From positions 940,730-1,004,729 of the forward strand of contig NMRA01000006.1 of the NCBI GenBank assembly GCA_002633005.1: DNA of 64,000 nucleotides, read 5' to 3'. Under the pieces are notes generated by a model that was not told the DNA's origin, ran no database searches, and saw nothing but the letters and a program-made list of their open reading frames with translations. Made by a program: the position numbers and the translations under genes. Origin of the DNA: Phoronis australis. Its lineage: Eukaryota; Animalia; Phoronida. This document shows positions 13,101 through 25,942 of the stretch, piece by piece. Every line of letters starts with the position of its first letter. Within the stretch, counting starts at the first letter, position 1.

Positions 13101-16100
13101 TTATAGTTTGTGATAACAATCATGGAAAAATACAGACTGCACTGTGCACTATACCGAAGAATGTGACACTGGAATGTGACGCTGATTTACAGGTTGAGAC
13201 CATATAAAAGCCATGTATAACTGATATGACAATCATTCACAAATTGAGCATGGGGGCTAAAAATTTGGGTGTGGTCAAAATTAAACGTGGGGTTTCAGAA
13301 TTGAGCATGATGGGCCAACACGTTTGTAAGTGATGACACTGTAGTAAACTGCTACCATCAACCAAAGCACTCACCACTCAAGCCTGGTGCACGTAATCGC
13401 TGTCCTGTGCAAACATCAAGAGTATCGGAGTAAGCGGTGGTGACATCATACACAGCGCTTGCATAATTGCGTAGATTGTTTACACATACATTTAGCATCT
13501 TGGACCTGGGTGATAGCACTTGATGAAGTACAGGCAGACCTGCAGATATATGAGTATACTGTCTACTGAAAGCAAGCATAGTGGAGCACAGGCACCACAT
13601 TCCGATATGGTAATTGAATTCAACATTAATTGGGTTTGTTTTTTGATAGAAAAAAGTTACGCGAGAATTAGTATTTTTTAGAGAGAATATCTGAGAATAT
13701 GATAATAAATCATTACATTGTGAGGCTTGGGCTAAATAGGATACAATTCATTTGTTGACATCTCATGACAATAACTGGGGCATTCTGTTATACAGTGTGA
13801 CAGTCGGTCGACTCCACTGTGCTGTGGCATGTACTGTTTGAGACAGTTACGGGGCACCATGTGATAGTCTGTCGACTTCACTGTACTGTGGCACGAACTG
13901 TGTTAGACAGTTACGGGGCACCATTATTTTCTGCCCAAGCAAAGGTACTCATAACTAGGGCAGTGCATGTACCAGCTCAGGTTCCCATGGAGATTCAAAA
14001 TGTTTAGTTATAGGCTGTGAATGATCAAAAACTCATGCATGGGTCACACTTTCTCTCCACTCAGACAAAGTTCTGCGATTTCCAGTCCCTCGGATAAGTC
14101 TTATTTTCACTAATTATTCAGATGAAAGCTCTTGTTCCGGCTGGATCAGACTTATGCAAGTTTTACAGTAAAAATCCTTCAATTCAAGACACAAACTGAC
14201 TTTTCGAGAAATTTTAATAGTTTGTATGGTGTAGCTATCATCAAACAACAATTGGCAAAAATTAAACTTTTGCAATAATGTGGTAAGCCACTCAAAAACT
14301 GAAATATGGCAATTCTAGCAAATATTGTCTTTCTCAAATTGAAGAATTTTTACCATAAGGACCTATTACTTTATAGACCAACAAATCTTTGTAATGGTCT
14401 TAATAAAATAGCCATCAACGAGAACTATAACATAAAGACTGATCTACCTTGACTTACGGCAAACTTTTTACTTTTTTCTAGCAACGAAACTCTGCTACTA
14501 GAAAATCGTGAACCCTCAGGAAAGACAACCAGCCATATCTGAAAGAAGAACAAAACACAATACTTGGAACAGGAATACAATAATTTGGTAAGTATTGGTA
14601 TATGAAATACAATAAGTTGGTAAGTATTGGTATATGAAATACAATAATTTGGTAAGTATTGGTATATGAAATACAATAATTTGGTAAGTATTGGTATATA
14701 TGAAATAATTGAAGAATTAACTCTTAAGCCAAAAAATAGATTTCTTGAAGGATACCTTTGACGTATTGACGTCTTGTGATGCCTTTGGACCCTGAAAATC
14801 ACAAAGCTGTTTCGGCCTGTTTAGTTTGTTTAATAACAAAACAAAAATCGAATTTGGCCTTTTAACCTGATAAAATCACTCTCATAATATTCTTTACTGT
14901 AACAGAATTGTATTTCTGCTACCAACTCCAATCACATGTAATTTTAGGGTTGAGTCGCTGATGGTTTTGATGTTCTTGTTTGGTAATAAATATAGAATCC
15001 TATCACGGTAAGGTATGTTACAAAATTAATTTTAAGAGAGTAAAAGACCTACCTAGATTTTCTTTTGTAAGCAACAAAACGGCAAAAACAGCTATATTAC
15101 TACTTATTGATGTAAATAGGCAGGTATCCTACATTATGATACCACTGACAAAACCAGGGGTGGGAGCTAAATAGAATACACGCTTGCTTAATATTGAAAT
15201 TTCTTAAAATATCTTTTTGGGTGGGGCATTTAGTCAAGAAGTGAGGACACGAACATGTGGCCACATTTGGGTGAGTTCCAATCTTGCAATTGATTACTTT
15301 CCTACATACCCGACATGTAGCCAGCCATTCCTTAAAAAAGTTTAATTTCCAATCATTGTCCAACATACCTGAATTCTAAACTGACGCAATATTGTGAAAA
15401 GTATACTTGATGCTTAACTTACCGGTGTTGAATATGTAACCAACTCCTGTAGCTGCTGTGCACATCTTGACTCATTAAACTTGCCTGTCTTGTTAATGTA
15501 TATACAACTATGCTGAAAGATAGACATACTCTGTACACAGTGGTGGGCATTGAGCTCTTACTGTATTTTTTGGAAGCAAGGAGCTGAAATCTACTGAAAA
15601 GGAATACAAATTTGTTAGCTTGATAGATGGAGTTGGTATTTCTAGCTTGTGGTGAATATTTCTGCATTTCCAGTCATCACTCGAAATATAGTTCTGCTTC
15701 TGTTTGCCCAACTTGCTACTGAAATGGTTGTCGATTGGCAAATCTTACTGAAAAATTAATCTAACATTTTCAGTAGAAATCCAATGAGTGCTAAATCTTG
15801 ACGAAAAAGCTGTACATACATACAACAAAGTAATCAACCTTCATGAATGCGTTACTAAGTCATTTCAAAAAGTTTGAGTCAACACAACAGCAAAATCAAG
15901 TTTCCAAAGAACCTACAGTACAAGATTAGTGTGATTTTTCGGTTACTAAAAGCAACTCGAGGAAATTGTCGATTCTGAGAAAATCAGAAACACCCAGTAA
16001 CAAAAGTGATGTGACACTAGGCTAGCAATTTCCATAGGGAAAACTTTGAGTAAATTGCTATCAAACCAAAAATCTTTTCCCAAAAAATATACCAAAACAT

Positions 16101-18831
16101 CTATAAGGCAACAGAAAATTTAAAGCTAATAGCCTGATAAATGTGTGCACATTTTCAGTACTAGTACCATTGAATAATGTACATGAAGCTGGTTCTCAAA
16201 ATGTAAACACATTATCTCTTGAGTATTGTCCATTTAAAGGACATACTGTAGTTGTAAATTTGCAAGATGCCACACAACTTCTGAGAACATTCAAGTAATT
16301 CAAATACCCGGGATTGCATCTCTCGACACTGCAGTTAAAGAAGAGTCCAAACAGGTGAAGTGTATTTACTGTAAAGACACAGGGAGTTTGCTGATAGCAA
16401 GCCAGTTTAATTATAAGAAGTTACTTTAACAAGTTAAATCCATACATTAATTTCACGTCACTCATTGTAAAACGACGTCAATAGAAACACAGACTTTGAA
16501 TCAATACACAAAACTGTAGTAATGTTTGACAGGACAAGGAAACTATGGTCATCGCTAAATAAATGTCAGAACTCACCTGACGAAAATAGTACCCAAACAT
16601 TGGTAGGAAGCGTAGTCCATCCTTGAGAGTGAAGCGAACATGACCAAGGGATCCCTGCCTGGCAGCTAACATGTTTATAATGATCCAGTCAACTAAAAAC
16701 AGAAATTATACTCGAACAGTGAACAGTCTTGTATCATAAAAATTACCCTTTACATCTAATTGTATTAGTACCAGAGAGGTGTAGTGCCAGAGGTAGTGCC
16801 AGAGAGTCTGGTGTCAGAGGGGTGCAGTGCCAGAGGGATGTGGTGCCAGAGGGGTGTGGTGCCAGAGAGGTGTGGTGCCAGAGGGGTGTGGTGCCACAGG
16901 GGTGCGGTGGCAGAGGGGTTCGGTGGCAGAGGGGTGTGGTGTCAGAGGGGTGTGGTGTCAGAGGGCTGTAGTGACAGAGGGGTGTGGTGTCAGAGAGGTG
17001 TAGTGCCAGAGAGATGTAGTGTCAGAGGAGTGTAGTGTCAGTGCGGAGGGGTTAAAGCCAGAGGGGGGTACTGCCAGAGGGGTGTAGTGCCAGAGGGGTG
17101 TGGTGTCAGAGAGGTGTAGTGACAGAGGTTTGTAGTGTAAGAGGGTGTAGTGCCAGAGGGGAGGGGTTAAAGCCAGAGGGGGGTACTGCCAGAGGGGTGT
17201 AGTGCCAGAGGGGTGTGGTGCCAGAGGGGTGTGGTGCCAGATGGGTGGTGGTAAAGCCAGAAGGGGGTACTGCCAGAGGGGTGTAGTTATTCAGTTGGCA
17301 TGCACTAGTCTAGTGTTCCGAATAATGTGTCTATAGTCGTTTGTGTTTCCTCAAGACTTCTTGTTTTAATAGGGTCAAACTGATGGAACTAATTGAAAAT
17401 TACCAACTTCTGTCATTATCAGCTGATGCCAACATTTACAATAAAAATTCTTCAGTTTGAGACACAGAAAGGTGTTATTCCATTTCGTCGAATTTCTCAA
17501 CAAAAATAAGATTTCAAAAAAATGTACTTTGCTTTTTGGATGGCTTGTATGATATAGTTATTTACTGCAAAAACATTTTGAAAAGTTTTCAACATTTGCA
17601 AGAATGTGTGGAAAGCCTCTGAAAAATAGAAATATGACAATTTTGACAACTATCTTTGTCCCAAATTGACAAATTTTTACCACCTTCTTACTTACACTCT
17701 GACTGATGGTTGCACATTATTATTACATTTTCTTTCGCCTTTAAAACGTCCTTGGCATCGCCATAGAGCACCAGCTGCAATGATTTTTCATCACAATCAG
17801 AACAAAGTATACACATGGCTCGACATAAGTGTGTAAACGCTTGAAGATACGAGCGGAGAAAGTAAAATTCGAGTTTGATATCAACCCGACTCATATTCAA
17901 CAGACGTTCGTCATTTTTTTACTCGTCACTTTTGACGACGAGTGAGAATTTGGAAATACGACTCTAGAATGCGCTGTCACTCACATATTTGAGCAATCAT
18001 TTTCGCCAGTGTCTGACATGCGTGTATCTTTAGAGGTTTGTTAAATCTAGGACTCCCAGGTTAAATCGGGTGATTTGTTGAGTTATGTACTAGGCAGTCA
18101 TAAGTCGAATCGTCAAACATGTCAAATTGATAAAATGCTACATCCAAGCCTTTTATGTAGTTCAACAACATAAAGAAATAGTTGGAAAAGTTGCTTAATC
18201 AAAAAATCTCCATTGAACAAGACACCCCATCTACATCATTTGAATAAAAAATATCATGCTAGGCTACTGCATAAGACAGGAGGTGACCAATGAAATCTCC
18301 CATCTTGACCACTCGACCAGGTTGGTCATTTAGCTTTCAGACATATTTATGCAACTCTGCATCAAAACTCAGGTACAGAATAGCTGGATGTAGATAAGTA
18401 TCAAAATAGAATATTTATAGAATTCTGCCCTGAGGCCAGGTATAGGATGGTTGTATGTTGAGCCAACAGAACACACCTGGCTGTAGCCTAACTGGCTACA
18501 GTTGATATCGAAATAATCACTGAATAACGGGTCCGTTATTTAATAATAATGCATGAAACTGGGACCCTTTATCAGGGACCTGCGAGTGTATATCCGACCA
18601 GTCAGTGCCACCCACCTGACATCGACCATAGTTCTCGGCGGTGAAGAGAATAATGCGTTGGTACACAGCGTACACCCACTCGTCACCCCATTCAAACACT
18701 CGCCGGGGCAAAGGAATACTCAGAATTTTTAGGCATAAAAACAAACCAAACAAATTTGGTGCGGATCCTAGGATAAATCCGATGGGCAATACCCATCTGA
18801 GAGAGGGCAAGTGTACAATTAAAGACAACAT
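9956..18831 (-). CDS. AGPAT5: 1-acyl-sn-glycerol-3-phosphate acyltransferase epsilon (LPAAT5), 8 coding exons, 367 aa
   Basis: Exons 18831-18616, 17774-17696, 16692-16577, 15512-15423, 14538-14448, 13539-13375, 10845-10722, 10178-9956. All are GT-AG with matching phases and total 1104 nt. Motifs NHQSEFD (HX4D), FPEGSR, VLSPR, AVYDVT. N-terminus MLSLIVHLPSLRWVLP and C-terminus YGTLFGLLWMTVKR match the AGPAT5 pattern. Confidence 0.95.
10722..10845 (-). CDS. AGPAT5: AGPAT5 exon 7
   Basis: DVAMGSCPEIHVHIKRI...WLHQRYVEKDR; donor AG|GTATGA. Confidence 0.9.
11156..11518. mobile_element. MITE-like element with about 80-bp inverted arms in AGPAT5 intron 6
   Basis: AGGTAAATAAAACAACAAGAATGGAT...CTTCGTCAACA (from 11156) versus TGTTGACGAAG...ATCCATTCTTGTTGTTTTATTTACCT (to 11518). 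Confidence 0.7.
12425..12820 (-). pseudogene. Decayed tandem partial duplicates of AGPAT5 exon 6 (3' half plus donor)
   Basis: Minus-strand copies encode DVTAVFS, DATAVYS...HVPGLS, TRSRVPSLS and HAPDLG, versus exon 6 DVTTAYS...RLRAPGLS. Three end in a GTAAGT donor (~12549, ~12702, ~12791). Confidence 0.65.
13375..13539 (-). CDS. AGPAT5: AGPAT5 exon 6
   Basis: GLPVLHQVLSPRSK...AVYDVTTAYS...RAPGLS; donor G|GTGAGT. Confidence 0.9.
13796..13924. repeat. Two-copy tandem duplication, about 64-bp unit
   Basis: GTCGACT(C/T)CACTGT..TGTGGCA...GACAGTTACGGGGCACCAT occurs twice in tandem. Confidence 0.7.
14448..14538 (-). CDS. AGPAT5: AGPAT5 exon 5
   Basis: IWLVVFPEGSRFSSSRVSLLEKSKKFAVSQ; donor G|GTAGAT. 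Confidence 0.9.
14574..14705. repeat. 32-bp minisatellite, 4 copies
   Basis: Unit AATACAATAATTTGGTAAGTATTGGTATATGA. Confidence 0.9.
15423..15512 (-). CDS. AGPAT5: AGPAT5 exon 4
   Basis: HSCIYINKTGKFNESRCAQQLQELVTYSTP; acceptor TTTCAG, donor CCG|GTAAG. Confidence 0.9.
16577..16692 (-). CDS. AGPAT5: AGPAT5 exon 3
   Basis: FDWIIINMLAARQGSLGHVRFTLKDGLRFLPMFGYYFRQ; donor CAG|GTGAGT. Confidence 0.9.
16768..17287. repeat. G-rich 16-bp minisatellite (about 30 copies) in AGPAT5 intron 2
   Basis: Unit CCAGAGGGGTGTGGTG with variants. Confidence 0.9.
17696..17774 (-). CDS. AGPAT5: AGPAT5 exon 2
   Basis: LVLYGDAKDVLKAKENVIIMCNHQSE; acceptor TTGCAG, donor T|GTAAG. Confidence 0.9.
18616..18831 (-). CDS. 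AGPAT5: AGPAT5 exon 1
   Basis: ATG at 18831, MLSLIV...ENYGRCQ, donor CAG|GTGGGT. Confidence 0.9.
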
Positions 18832-20339
18832 CAGGTCATCATGTACTGTACGCCCTAACACTAAGCGTAAGGAAGGCCCAACAGAACATAAATCGGTCCA
18901 TGGATAAATTCACATTACAGAGACCCCTGTGAACAATCGCGCTTTTCTGAAACTGGCGCCACCTTACGACACACGCAACCGAGTCTCTGCTTGGAATCCT
19001 GCCGTGCTTGGCGAGACTTGGAATACATGAAGAAATTTCTTGACTTCACTCAAATAATCACGTTCACGTGGATAAAAATTTTCACTGCACTAAACCAAAT
19101 TATATGTTATTAAAATAACGTAACATTCAACTAATCTTTTTTCAGGCTATAAGCGATCTTATTCACCAGATTATTGTTTTAAGCCGCCGACAGTAGTCAC
19201 AAATTCTTCCGATTCTTTGACACAAGTTATGGTAAAGAAGAAAGTGCGTGACTATAAGGCCCATAATTACAAAAAATTTTTACACTGAACAAAAAATTTC
19301 ACCTGATTGCCCAAATATATGTTCAACCCGCGATCGAGAACGACCGGAAAGGGATCGACTGGAAACCAGCGGCGGCGAGAGGCGAAGCCAGCATATGAGG
19401 AAGGTGAGTAATAGTACGTTGTTTTTACTTCCAATTTGAAAACAGAGACATGAGTTCAAGGCGTAACACATTCGAAAGGCAGGTAGAGGTTTGGGCCGGT
19501 GTCTGTTCCAGTTATTGGAGATAAGCAGTGGCGGATCTACGGGGGGTTTCAGGGTGTTTAACTCCCCCCCACCAGCGGCTTAGTGAGCNAAAATTGAAGG
19601 GGGGGGGGGTGGTTCACTCTGAAAATAGTATATTTTGTTTGCATTATGAATTGCTGTTATGAAAATCGACGCATTTCGAGTCTTCGTGGCTCCGTCGGCA
19701 ACTGAAAACACGCGGAGATCAATTGTGCGCGCACTTCCGTCGACACTTTTGAAGTAGCCAAGCATTTTAGATGGATCCACCGCTGAACTTAAAGAGCAGC
19801 ACTATACCGGCTGATTTGTTAGGTAACTAAGATGTGTTTTCGATTTGATTAGGGAAAATACTGTGGTGCCGCAACCCTGATTTCAGGGAAATTGACGTGC
19901 AACATTTTTATCACATCTGTCATGCCGTGTCATGCTATTACACTCCACACGTTTGTAACTCGAATTTGACTGGTGTAGGCCTATAGTAAAGTTGTCTTGC
20001 GCAATTTCATACAGTGTACATGTACATGTAATATTTTTGAAAAAAAAATCAAAGAGTTGCTATTGTGGCGGGCGCCGTGGTCTGGTAGCGAGTCCGTTTT
20101 AAGATCCACTCTAACAAGTTATGTCTATACAAGGAATGACCAAGAGGGCACTCACATTGACAAAGTGACGCACTTCGCGAACAGTTTACAGTACCAGAAA
20201 TTGCGGGGAGGCTGCGCTTTCACAACAAAGTCTTTCGGGACTCGTGCGATGTTGATATAGGCCTCCTGAGGAAACCTAGTTCCGACCTCAACTCACCTAC
20301 CTTCTTTCTACCTGCAATAAGCACCACTGCCGTCTTGTA

Positions 20340-20810
20340 TACTGCCGGGGCATTTACGCAGAAAGGCCCACCCGATGAAACGTCCATGCCCATGGGCATT
20401 TACTTTGATGTGAGTACTTCGGTTTTCAAGCGTTCAGACATTGGGACGTTTATTTCGAAAATTGCAAGAGATGCAAATTGGTCCTGGGATGCATCGTCAA
20501 GGTTTGAAGTAGTCCATGATGAACGGATCAAATTTAGTTGCGCATGTAAATCTTTTGAGTGGATTTGGCAACTTCAGGGCGCTTAGTGACAACTGAGCTG
20601 CGAAACGAGATGATGCTGACATTGTAGAGGCTTATAAGCCCGTTGACACAGCAGTTGACGAAGTGCAAGCGCTGGGAACAAACATCGAAGATGTCTGGAT
20701 AGAATGGTTCCAAGACGAGCAAACCATTGGATCCGATATACAGATTCCTCGGCAGTCTAGACAACAGAAGGATAGGACTAACGTTCATGGAAAAACACCC
20801 AGGTAATAAT
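20340..20810 (+). pseudogene. Frameshifted hAT transposase fragment (P52rIPK/ZMYM1-like)
   Basis: Pieces NWSWDASSR and DIVEAYKPVDTAVDEVQALGTNIEDVWIEWFQDEQTIGSDIQIPRQSRQQ resemble the region preceding the hATC dimerisation domain in these transposases. Confidence 0.6.
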
Positions 20811-21194
20811 TCTACGCAGTTTGTATATAATGTTGGTTTTTTATGCTTGTGTACAATGAAAACGAAATAGAAATTATTTTTGGACATGCCAAATTTCCCA
20901 AGTACAGCAAAGGGTCTACGAGCGCACAGAAACTGATTCTGGTTTGTATTACCACTAGGCTCTATCTGCTTCATATCCAAAATCTATTTCACATAGTGCG
21001 TTGTTAAATTTGTTCTCAATTCTTATTTCTTCCAGTGAGTACTACAGAGCGGTGCGAAAACCCTTCCTAGATAACCGTTCTCGCAGCAGTTGACCACCAG
21101 ATGTGTAAAATACACACGTATGAGTAACCACTAGTTGGGGATTAAAAAGTGTCTAAAGAAAAGTGTTCAATTCAAAACTTTTTGCATTGTACAC

Positions 21195-21480
21195 TTTAGG
21201 TCTCGCGACGGACCAGGCCAGCTTGATTTGTGAAGTCTTGTGACGTTTTTTACCAAAGTGTGCTTTCTAAAACTATTTATCTCAGCCATTAGTGTTTGGT
21301 CCCGCGGCAGATCGACTATTTTTATAGGGATAATAAGCACAGGTGTACTTTTGGTCTCGTGACGGACCAGGCCAGCCTTTTTGTGTACTCTCAGTGTACA
21401 TCTAGTGGTCCCTCTGCGAACTGGTCCTGTATATCTTTTCACCAAGATGTACAGAACGTTTTGGTTTCGTGAAACTGTTT
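21195..21480. repeat. Degenerate internal direct repeats
   Basis: GGTCTCG(C/T)GACGGACCAGGCCAGC at ~21199 and ~21353, with weaker copies at ~21298, ~21407 and ~21463. Confidence 0.5.
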
Positions 21481-23344
21481 TCAGATGATTTGCTTTCTGA
21501 TACATTTGACATTTTTCAATTGTTGTCAACGCGATTCAGTTTAATAAAGTGATACTTAATTGTTTACTGTCGCTTTTAATAATAGACTATGAGCTGAGAG
21601 CACCATCGTTCGCCGGTTTTTCTCGTAACGAGACAGAACACATGTTTATTTCCGGACTCCGGTCTTCGTTCTTAAACAACTTGAGGCTCCTGTTATGCGA
21701 TCATCTGATATTCAAGTGTTTACGCCCCGTCGATGCTCCTTATGCTCTTGAATATTTGGTAGTTGCCTGAACCCATGTATACACACCACACTTTTTCGTA
21801 TACGCATGAACTTTTCGTATGCTAAAATAGGTGTGTGTAAGCAGATGTTCAAACAAAACTTTTTGCTGGTGGCGTGACTCATACCCAAATGTGCACAATA
21901 TGGTTTCACGAAAGTTTTGAGCCAAGTTCATGTGACAAACTTGAAATCGAGAAGGGTTTTAAATTATCTTAAGAAAAACTCCAGAGACATGTTAAGTGCC
22001 AGAAACTTACCAGGATGCATGAAAATTTCTCTGTTTGGCTACAAAAACAAAAAAATGTCTCACACGTACGGGTGGAGGGAAACCCCCCTCGACCTTCCCC
22101 GGCTCGGCGCCACGGGCCTCGGACTCGACCTTTGCGGGAATCTTAAACCCCCCTCTCACTGAAAACGTAGATCCGCCACTGGTTGCTGACAGTATCTGTA
22201 GCATGGACGAAAAGGGTCTTTTTAGGGTGGCAAGTGTAAAATCACGGAACACAACACATAAACGTCTTTTCACGAAGTTATGCACATTGTTGGAAATGGA
22301 CTAATAATAAGTTGAAGATAGTATACAGTGAAGGTGTATCGATGAAACCGATAACGGTGAATGAAGTTAGGTTTTATAGTAAAGTAGGGCATATTCCAGA
22401 GCTGATTAACTTGAAGTTTCGAGCACTTGTTAATTTTACTCTTAAGATTTTAATTGTTATAACGTGAACTGAGTTGCATTTATGCCATGAGCATGTTCAG
22501 TCATTTGTGAGTATTGGTACGTTATGTAATAGTGTCGAGTAGGATACTCTTTGCAAGTAGCGAGAAGCCGGGATGTCGAGGTTTAAATTCGAGTCATATC
22601 TGCACGTCGTCTCACGATTTCGACGTCGTGCGTAATGAAACGCTAAAAGTTTTATTTCGATGTAGACGGCAAACAATCGGTAGGTTATTTTAAGTTGTTT
22701 TGGTTAAGTCGTTAATTTTATTACAATGAATTTGGTACAATATTTGGCAAAAAGTATATGGTTTGTGTTGTAATATACGACAAATTATCCGACAAATTTA
22801 AAATCTACAAAATGAAGAAACACGGAACTAAAACACTAGCTAATTCTACAGTACGGAGAATATACAGAACGTAAACGTAAATATAAATACATAAGTACAC
22901 ATACATGTTACGGAGCGTGTAGGCATCCATATCAGTTTTCACAAGAGCAGATCTCGGAGAAAAAATCATGAGCAAGAGTGGCAAATTCATTTAAGGCAGT
23001 ACATTGTCTCATTACGGATGGCAATGAGTTCCACAGCAAAGTACCTTTATGGGAGAATTTCACACGGACTCTCAGCCCTTCGAACTTTCGAACCAACCTT
23101 CAACTAATTTTTGCTTTTTATGTGCGCTAAATGGCACCCGTAGATCTTGAAATAATGTTTAAGCCCGAGAATACCCTAACCTTTGCAATAGCCATGGCAT
23201 CGTGTACCACGTACATTATGCTGTCGCTTTACCCATACTGCTTTGTATGACCGGTGGCGCTACCTAGCGAATGATTTACCAACTGCTATTAACAATAAGT
23301 TGACTTCGTCATCAAATTGCATGATGTCACTAATACATCATAAG

Positions 23345-23486
23345 ATGCCTTGCTTACCCTGCAAGAAGAAGGTCGGGGACGTCAACGGGGATGTTGAGGA
23401 GGCGGGATCGTCAAGAAGACCATCATTTTTGAGACGAGCAAAGAGATACATCACCAACAAGTTGCGATCTCTTTGCGGGAGAAAAG
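23345..23486 (+). CDS. Candidate coding exon A of an unrecognised gene (MPCLPCKKK...LCGRK)
   Basis: ATG directly after AAG with CACTAAT upstream, open frame, donor G|GTGTGT in phase 1. Confidence 0.5.
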
Positions 23487-24519
23487 GTGTGTCTTACAAA
23501 ACAACCTACTTAATTTAAGAACTCAACACTATCTTCACGGCAATGTCCGCCACCTTTTTTCAAAAATGGCCGACTGTTTCCCACGAATTTACTCATCTGG
23601 TATCATTTTGAGTTTTGTTCTCTTTGGAAAAAGCGGTCTGGCATAACCAAAGTGAAACCAGTTTACCTCTGAAATGCCAGTGAAAAGAAAAACATAACAT
23701 CAACATGCAAAATTCAAGACTTGGCGAGATATGATTACAAGTGATGACTTAGCATTTCAAGAAATATTTCGAGATGAACAATTAATAACAACATCAACAA
23801 ATAACTAACATAATCATGGGCGGCGCAGCACTGAAATAAGTGTGGTTCGGGACTATAGCCCTGCAGCACCTAAGGTGCACCGTCCATGCTAACATGGGCT
23901 GCGCAACACAGAATAAAATGAGTGGGGAGCTATAACCCCCAGCCTGTATGATAATTAAACATTGACTTAAAAAGAAGAGAGCTTTGGGTATCTGTATTAT
24001 CAATGAACAGAAAAATATATGGTCGTCAGCTTTTTGCAGACGCCAAGGAAACACATTCGGAATGAAAAAATGACAATATGATACGGAAGAAATATAGCTT
24101 ATCATTGAAGTCGAAATCAAAAACTATGAACGTTTCGTTGGTCTCTTGGTGCCTCATCATATAGTTTCGAGCCAAACGGCCGGCAACTTTGAACAATACT
24201 CAGATCTACGTATTTTTACAAAGCGAATTCTATAAAAAGACCATAAGAGGAGACGAGGCAAGACGACCTTTGAAGGCAAATGTCTACAAGGGAATAACCA
24301 ATTCAAATACAGCATTTGGAGACCTGAAATTTGGATATGCGAGTTGAGATTCTGGACCAACGCATATTAGTCGCTTGGGAATTCCAACTAATGCGCGACT
24401 TGGGGAATTCGTACATTTCCGTCCACATCCCGACAACAATGGAGGCAACTCGCGTGAACCGCACTATTTCTAAAATATACTGACAGAATCGGACAAATTA
24501 TTGTCGACAGATCAATTGC

Positions 24520-25942
24520 TGATGACACTGCAATTTTCCACCCATTCTCAAAAGAGCATCCCCATGACTCCTTACAGTTGCAAACTGACCTTAACAAACT
24601 CTATGACTGGTTTCACAAATGGAAGATGAAATTTAAACCTGAAAAAAGTGTTGATCTTATATTTTCTAAGTCTAATAAAACTCATTTCCAAACAAATCCA
24701 ACACTGGAATTATCACTCAATGGGGAAGATATCCCCAATAAGTTCACGCACAAACATCTTGGCTTGCTACTCGACCATAAGCTTACATTTACTCCTCATT
24801 GTCGCGAACTCGTTCTAAAAGTACAAAAATTAATTAATCCAATTAGAATTATCTCTCGTCATCTCAACTCCATGCATCTTGAAACTCTGTTCAAGTCTTT
24901 TGTACTTCCACATCTAGATTACTGTGACATAATCTACCAATCGGTAAACGCTAGCATACTTCTTCAATTAGAAAGACTACAATACCAAGCAGCTTTAGCC
25001 ATAACCGGGGCATACAAAGGGTCCAACACAATCAAGGTTCTAAATAGTCTTCACTGGAGCAAACTAGCAACCCGTCGTAAACTCCACCTGTCCACGTATA
25101 CATTCAAAGTCTTAACCAACATAAACAATTACTCTAACAAAATCCTCTCCTACAAAACACCAAGCACGAGACCAGGACTCCGGCAAAGCAATATGTATAC
25201 TATTCCAGCCTCCATCAGCCAAGCCTTCAGAAGATCAACGATATTAACTTGTATTGATAACTGGAATTCCTTACCATTCAAAATGAAAGAAAGCACTTCA
25301 ATCGTCACTCTCAAAAATAACTTTAAAATGCATACTACTACTCCAGAGTTGCCAGTCCCATTGACATCATTCCAACTTCCCCGCAACCCTATACAGATCA
25401 AGATGTGGTCTATTCCTAAACAACGAGAAATTTAGACATAATTTTAATAATATTTCGCCTCTGTGTTCCTGTGGAGATACCCAGACATATCCTCATGTTT
25501 TCTTTGCTTGTGAGGTATGCAAGGAGGAGAGGGTACAGCTCTTCCAGGCACTCGAACAATACGCCAATGTTTATAAAAAATATTCTGAAATTCCGCAATT
25601 GTACAACAAAATTAATGTCTTTCTATATGGATGTCAAGAACTTAACTCAAACGAAAATAAGGTTTTATTTGAAATAGTATCAGAATTTTTTATAACATTA
25701 AATCTCTTTGTGTGAGTAGATAGAATTTTATACATCTGTATGAAAATGAATTATTTTCATTCGTTGTCATATATCATTGTATTCTTAACACCAGTTTATT
25801 TTATTTTTTATTTATGTATTCGTATATAATCATTGTATATAGACTTCTTTGTATTTTTTTACCCAGATCTAATGCCTATTGGCGCTTTCTGGGTTATGTA
25901 TATTCATTGTATTCTGAAGATTTCGTAATAAACATTAAAAAA
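24520..25942 (+). mobile_element. 5'-truncated non-LTR retrotransposon (CR1/L2/Jockey-group-like RT C-terminal half)
   Basis: ADDTAIF...LQTDLNKLYDWFHKWKMKFKPEKS...HKHLGLLLD...LDYCD...GAYKG. Frameshifted Cys/His tail. AATAAA plus A-run at ~25927-25942. 13-bp TSD ACAGATCAA(T/C)TGC at 24507-24519 and 25943-25955. Confidence 0.9.

Larger units (their letters stand above)
19526..22181 (+). mobile_element. hAT-family element relic (or hAT relic between related MITE ends)
   Basis: Perfect 16-bp inverted termini CAGTGGCGGATCTACG (19526) and CGTAGATCCGCCACTG (22166-22181). An internal extra end GATCCACCGCTG lies at ~19773-19784. No clear 8-bp TSD. Confidence 0.6.

Noticed and set aside
16729-17035. 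Cys/Arg/Gly-rich repeat ORFs
   Set aside because: They are translations of the 16-bp minisatellite.
18832-18861. N-terminal extension of AGPAT5 from 18861
   Set aside because: That start is not ATG; family similarity begins at the ATG at 18831.
20534-20980. 148-aa minus-strand ORF
   Set aside because: It is antisense to the hAT transposase relic and has no motif of its own.
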